From Ionaspis alba (taxonomy: Eukaryota), in the NCBI GenBank assembly GCA_964255285.1, contig CAXUUL010000070.1:1-37980 (forward strand): a stretch of DNA of 37,980 nucleotides, given 5' to 3'. A model generated the notes under the pieces. That model was not told where the DNA came from, made no database searches, and saw only the letters and a list, made by a program, of their open reading frames with translations. This document shows positions 32,892 to 37,980 of this stretch, one piece after another. The position numbers were made by a program, and so were the translations under genes. Position 1 is the stretch's first letter. Each line of letters opens with the position of its first letter.

Positions 32892-34056
32892 TGTCCAGTG
32901 CGATTGTCCCTCACGAAAACATCAAAACACAGGTCAGGATATGGAATCCAAATAATCATAGGTTGTGCGGGGGAACGAGGTGAGATGAACGGCGAGAGCA
33001 GAAGAGGCTGAGGGCCGACATGATGTGAGGAATAAAAAAGCAGGGCCAGTCTCGTTGGATCGACATCCTGGGCGGAGAGTGCGAGGACATGTACGCAACA
33101 TCAATCCAATGGTCTCGTACGGGCAACGCAAGAAGTGGACACCAGAGGCTTCGGAAAGCCCGCCGACCGAGTGAGCAGGCCACGCCTCTTGCCCTGTTAT
33201 CCTGGCATCTGCATCATTGCAAGAGGCAGCGCACTGTTGGTCAGAATTGCACAGTGATCATTGGTGCCCATCAATTGAACAGACACTGGACGGGCAAGAT
33301 CCAGACGCTTGTATTAAGACTAGGTTGTGGGGAGGGAGAGGGAGAGAGTGGTTGAAGGGGATGAGGGATTGGCCCAAAAAGGTCGTGGCCTTCGGATGCA
33401 TCTGGACCCTCGACGCCATGCTATGCCTGAACAGGACTGCGCTTGTCCCAAAGCAAGTTCTCGATCTGCACCACCATGCCTCCTCGGGTTGTGTAGACTG
33501 TCACCCTTCCACGCATTGTTATCTAATCTATCCGCACAAACGGGGGATGATCGATGTCGTGCCGTACGTATTGTAGTATCGGGATCTAGACGACCCGATT
33601 TCCAACGTTGAGCTCTGACATCCACGCATTCCATCACGATGATCGTCGAGCTCTGGCCGGCCGAACCATTTCGGTGCTAGTTCTGGAGGTGGACAAACCT
33701 GGAGTCCTGTCTTTCTTCAGGACTGACTCCTCAAGCGCGACTGACTTCCCTGTGCCTATGCTGTATTTTCTGTCGGCCACCACAATGTCACGAGAGTTTC
33801 CGGATATCGAGAGGAGCGCGAAGAGGGCAGCGGATGGAAAGCCATCTACAGTGCTGAATGATATCCTCCAGCGTTCTCGGATCAGGTTGAAGCATGACTC
33901 AGCAGAGCGCTCCAGGATTCCTGGGTCGCTCTAGGGTATGTTGGAGCACAACTTCTCAGCTGTCTGTGGGGCGAGAAATCCGTGCCGAGAAGAGGACTGC
34001 CATCTAAAACTCTGGATGATTCAGGTTGCACAGCTTTCATGAAGCACGCAATGTCC

Positions 34057-34835
34057 GCCTTCGAACTAGCTCGACGCGGGGCCGAGGTACCGTAAAAACG
34101 ATCAATAGCCTCTCAAACCGGCTCTTCTGATATGCTCAGTAGGTGGCAATTACATTCACGTCCTCGAGTAGCGAGATTTCTGCCAACGCACTCATCGCAA
34201 AAGTTGAAGCTCTAGAGAATGGTTCTAGGGCCATCAATGTTCGCCCAGATCTTCGTAAGGCCGAAACTCCGGGCCTTGTCCTAGATGCTACGCTTGCAGC
34301 TTTCGCGAAAAATCTGCAACACGAAACCGAATCGATGGGCGTTGACATCCTCGTGAACAGCGCCGGCTGTGAGCTTGTGAAGAACCTCGATGATCTCACA
34401 CCCGTAGACTAGGCTTTCGTTTACGATCTCAATGTCCGTGGAACCTTCCTGATGACACAAGCTGTTCTTCCACAACTTCGAAGCCCCGGACGGATCATCA
34501 ACATCAGCTCTGTCGGAGCCCGGTCAGTTTATGCAGGACTGTCGCTATACTGCTCCTCCAAGGCAGTCATGGAGGGGTTCACCCGATCCTGGGCAGCTGA
34601 GCTGGGTCCAGCTGGTCATACCGTCAACGCCGTCAGCCCTGGACCAATTGAGACCAAGATGATCGAGAAGATTCCATTAGCTATTGTCGATATGCAAAGG
34701 AACCAAACACCGGTGAACCATCGACTCGGAACTGTAGATGATATCGCTCAAGTAGTGGCTTTCCTGGCCAAAGAGAGTGGCCGCTGGGTCTCTAGTCAAG
34801 TCATCTCTGCATCTGGAGGGTGGGCTATGTACTAG
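34057..34835 (+). pseudogene. Short-chain dehydrogenase/reductase (3-oxoacyl-ACP reductase-like) pseudogene
   Basis: AFELARRGAE | intron 34087-34142 | VAITFTS...DILVNSAG...TPVD*AFVYDLNVRGTFLMTQ...IINISS...YCSSK...VNAVSPGP. In-frame TAG at 34410-34412 with no flanking splice signals. No TGxxxGIG motif upstream. Confidence 0.85.
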
Positions 34836-35206
34836 GCCGATGAGTAGACTGGCGGCAACATCCAGGACGACTGAGCATTATCTGTGATCCACCGTAGTCG
34901 AAATACAAGATGAGCACGAACCTGGATTGAACTTTTGAGCAATAGTTCGCTTGAGCTTCTCACGGGACAGTGTATTCTAGGTCCCGTGATTGCGTGACTT
35001 CGTGTTGATACTGGAATGTTCTTGGACGCGTCAACTCACTGACGTCATTGCATTTCCTAGAATCAAGGCGTTTCCCTACCCGATCGCTGCCATCAAATCA
35101 TCAGGATCTTCCAGCGATGCCAGCTTACTTATTGGAGATTGAATAACCCCATCATACTAGTGTCAATTACTAAAATTTAAGCTGCAACCTATCAACAAAA
35201 TCGATA

Positions 35207-35762
35207 ATGCCTTTGGCGAACCTTAAGCAATCCACCAATAACTCCAGATCTCTAATCCCAAAGACCCCGAAATCGAGGTTCCCAACCTCATCACCCGTCT
35301 CGGGTCTCTTTTAGAGTACGCTGGACACCCCACCCCAAGCATCATAGTCCTTCGACTATCAATATCGCAAACCCTAGGCTAACCTACATTTCGTCCACCG
35401 CAGAGCCCTAGGAAATCACCCCCCCCTGTTCAGGCGCAACGGACCCCCCGAATTCTCCCAACAACGCCCACTTCTGGGTCTGGACTTTCGCCCACCAGAC
35501 CCGCCATAATCCGACCCAAATTTCCATATCTGCACTTGTAGCCAAGGAGAAGAAAGCGGTAGACGAGTTCAAGGATGCTGTCGGTCAAATCCAGATGTGT
35601 CGGATGATGATCTGTGATCACGGTGGGGACATGCTGCGCATGATGACCATGGGCGCGCCTCCTGTCGATTTCGGTGAGGTGGCGCGCGAGAGGCGGAAGT
35701 TGCGGTGGGTGATTGGGATTGAGATGATGGGTGGTGGGATTAAGGTTTTGCACTGGGACTAG
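35207..35762 (+). pseudogene. Frameshifted gene for a small fungal hypothetical protein (not in ORF track)
   Basis: Exon ISNPKDPEIEVPNLITRLGSLLE, intron 35316-35403 (GTACGC...GCTAAC...CGCAG), then ALGNHPP, a C8 run at 35419-35426, and in the shifted frame a stop-free CSGATDPPNSPNNAHFWVWTFAHQTRH...KAVDEFKDAVGQIQMCRMMICDHGGDMLRMMTMGAPPVDFGEVARERRKL...HWD*. 5' end uncertain. Confidence 0.6.
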
Positions 35763-36263
35763 AGATCTCATGAGTAAGTTGGGAAGGGAAGTGGAAGTGG
35801 TCGTCTTAGACTCGAATCACTGGGCTGGGGATTGTGAAAGCTTCTGGGATTAGATATATCATTCAAGCCGGTATATAATGTCCCTACATGACACATCGTC
35901 GGGTTTCTTTCTCTTAGCTGGATGACCGCCCTGAGCAGTGATTGTCAACACTATATCTATCCTTGGATCATCTAATTGCTCATCGTTGTTCATTTTCCTA
36001 CTGATCGTCTCTGCCATGGTTGAGTTCAGGTGGCAATGGAGTCGATGTTTCTGGTGTTACTTCCTTATATGCAACGCAACGGGATTGCCCTTAGCCTACG
36101 CTATCAAGAGCTGCACGACTATCCAGGGTTACCACTCGAAAAGTCATGCCCGTATTCGACGCAAGCTCATCATGCAGGCAAGCTTTAAAAAGCTGGTAGA
36201 GCGTAGAAAATCTTTCTTGAAATCTCGTCGAATCCTGAACTTTGGATAATGTTCATTACTCCT

Positions 36264-37726
36264 TCAATCATAATCGAGCTTGTCATGATCGCTGTGGTAT
36301 TCGCCGAGCAGAATATCATCTGGGGCTGGACCACGATTTGTGCGTACTAGCAACGTATTAGTTGTGTATGTGTGTGTATGTGTGTTCCTGCACGAAGCTG
36401 CACAACCCACCCCATTCTGTCTCTATACGGAAAAAAATCCACATCCATCTCCTTAGGACTTCCAAAACCTCCATAACAAATATCACACCCTCAAGATCGT
36501 TGAAATGGTCGAGATGCGGCGATAGTTTCAGGCTCCACGTGCAACGTAGCAATAGATCTATTAATATGGCTCCATAATACATTTCCTTGGCATGGAAATG
36601 GGTATGCCGACGCAGACCCCAAGAGTGTTCAGGATCATTGCGTTCTTGGGGAGAAGAGAACAGAGTGAGATCCCAATCTCTCGCCACGTCCCAATAGAAG
36701 GAATAGACAGAGTTGACGAAAACAAAGAAGAGCCTAGATTATAATGTTGAGCAGGATCCCTAGTGTGTAGGCAGAGCACAACTAACCATAGTCGAAAGAG
36801 ACCGGTCTCAGACATGCCAATCTTGGTAGGATCATAGCCCCGCTGAAGCGCACTGAGGATAATAACAGGAAAGACACTCGAGTACTTCAGAGCATTTGCT
36901 AAATGCTGACCGCCCCAACCCGAAGATAGAGAGCCCCAGGGCTGGTTGAGGCTTCTCCTAACCCTCAGATATTCTATGAAGCATTGTCGTAGTCGTATCA
37001 AACTGGGAATACTGATGATGAGGGGCACGAGATACGCGCCTCCACACCCACGATCTGGCTTGGCCGTGGAAGAGTATTTGCTGGAAAGAAACATACACGC
37101 CGACACGAACATATCTCCTAGCACCTTGCTATATGAGGTAAGGGCGTCCGCAAGAAGTATATCGCCAAATTTACCATCCTGCCCTTCCGCAATTCCACCA
37201 ATGCTGACTCTTTTCAATGTGGAAAGGAATCGATACCGGCCGGCTTTGGACGTATACTGTAATGGCAGAAGGAACAAGAGGACCAGGAGGAAGAGGTAAG
37301 CTTGAGGAAGGATATCCCATGCAAGAACAAGGGACGCTTGTCCATGAGTGATGGTCCAGAATAGGAGGAGGGAAACAACCAAAGGTATGGATACGAGTGT
37401 CGCAAGGCGATACGTTCGCAAGTGGTGAGAAGGACCGGTGGATGTTGTTCGATTTGGATACTTGATGAGGCAAGCCACATCCTGGAATTACATCAGCTCC
37501 GAGTATCTGGTGAAGTTGGATAGGTAGTTATGGCATACAATTTTGAGGATTGAAAGGTAATGCAAATTGAGTGCCCATGCCCAGACACCTGTGCTAGTCA
37601 GAACCAGTTCGAAGGCAAGTAAGCGCAAGGCATACCGAGAACCAGAATGACAGCAACTCTGTATGGCAATGGCAAGATCAAGCTGAATTTGTCGAGTTCA
37701 GGCTCGGCGGCGGGATCCCCATCCAT
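36264..37726 (-). CDS. ERD1: EXS-family protein Erd1 (ER retention / Golgi phosphate transport)
   Basis: LILPLPYRVAVILVLGVWAWALNLHYL, KFGDILLADALTSYSK, IRLRQCFIEY, HLANALKYSS, YSFYWDVARDWDL, DLLLRCTWS and LEVLRRWMWIFFRIETEW. No SPX domain. Introns 37589-37635, 37482-37538, 36734-36786 and 36347-36410. Confidence 0.92.
36363..36385. repeat. Imperfect (TG)n microsatellite in last ERD1 intron
   Basis: tgtgtatgtgtgtgtatgtgtgt, just 5' of the branch point on the transcribed (-) strand. Confidence 0.7.
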
Positions 37727-37980
37727 TTCGTAGACATGCCCAAAACTTTGAGGACGGCCTCAATCTAGAATGGCGTAACGGAAAGAAGGAGATAAGTCCT
37801 ATTAAAGGTCCTCTATCATCCTAGAAGTGTCCTCGACGCGATGTGCCAGATCTGAGAGTCGCTGAAAAGCGAACACGTGCTTCAGCACCGTGGGAGGGTC
37901 ATATGCCGAGACTGGGAGATTCGCTGTTCCTGGTAGGGCTGTTCAGGGCTGCGATCGGTCCAATATTGGTTGCATCAACG

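Noticed and set aside
33100..33535. SreA (GATA), Mac1 (TGCTCA) and CCAAT sites upstream of the ferric reductase
   Set aside because: Only single or imperfect short matches occur, as expected by chance in 1 kb.
34410..34412. Programmed stop-codon readthrough or recoded TAG in the SDR
   Set aside because: TAG is used as a normal stop in PAN1, the exonuclease and the SDR's own end, and the gene also lacks its cofactor-binding N-terminus.
25004..34835. Secondary-metabolite gene cluster (methyltransferase, reductase, SDR, hydrolase)
   Set aside because: There is no PKS, NRPS, terpene synthase, transporter or cluster regulator, and the methyltransferase is a conserved primary-lipid enzyme.
35430..35771. 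113-aa His/Pro-rich minus-strand ORF
   Set aside because: It is better explained as the antisense of the plus-strand frameshifted gene, whose splice signals are on the plus strand.

Overview
Gene-dense nuclear DNA from a filamentous ascomycete (Pezizomycotina). The evidence is short 47-96 nt spliceosomal introns with CTRAY branch points and fungal gene families; the species cannot be determined. The window opens with a ~14% GC block (1-240) that looks RIP-degenerated. I can reconstruct 14 apparently intact genes in this order: condensin kleisin Brn1/Cnd2 (-), CCX-type Na/Ca exchanger (+), eIF3m (+), Pan1 (+), Rpb11 (-), DUF1996-WSC protein (+), stand-alone SRA/YDG protein (-), Lsm5 (-), WRN/EXD2-like 3'-5' exonuclease (+), GH5 hydrolase (+), mitochondrial-type rhomboid (-), sphingolipid C9-methyltransferase (+), ferric reductase (-) and Erd1/EXS protein (-). 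There are also two adjacent broken genes: an SDR pseudogene and a frameshifted hypothetical gene missed by the ORF track. The best lead is the SRA protein. A hidden 50-nt first exon completes a 'SEYE..RL.N......L..L' helix resembling the HELLS/LSH-binding helix of CDCA7 and the N-terminus of WDR76/Cmr1, which suggests a fungal methyl-DNA reader that recruits an LSH-type remodeler. Other leads are a 480-nt Rpb11 intron that may contain an alternative promoter and start codon, two GC-AG introns, and paired hairpins/XlnR-like sites upstream of the GH5 gene. All family assignments come from motif recognition; no searches were run.
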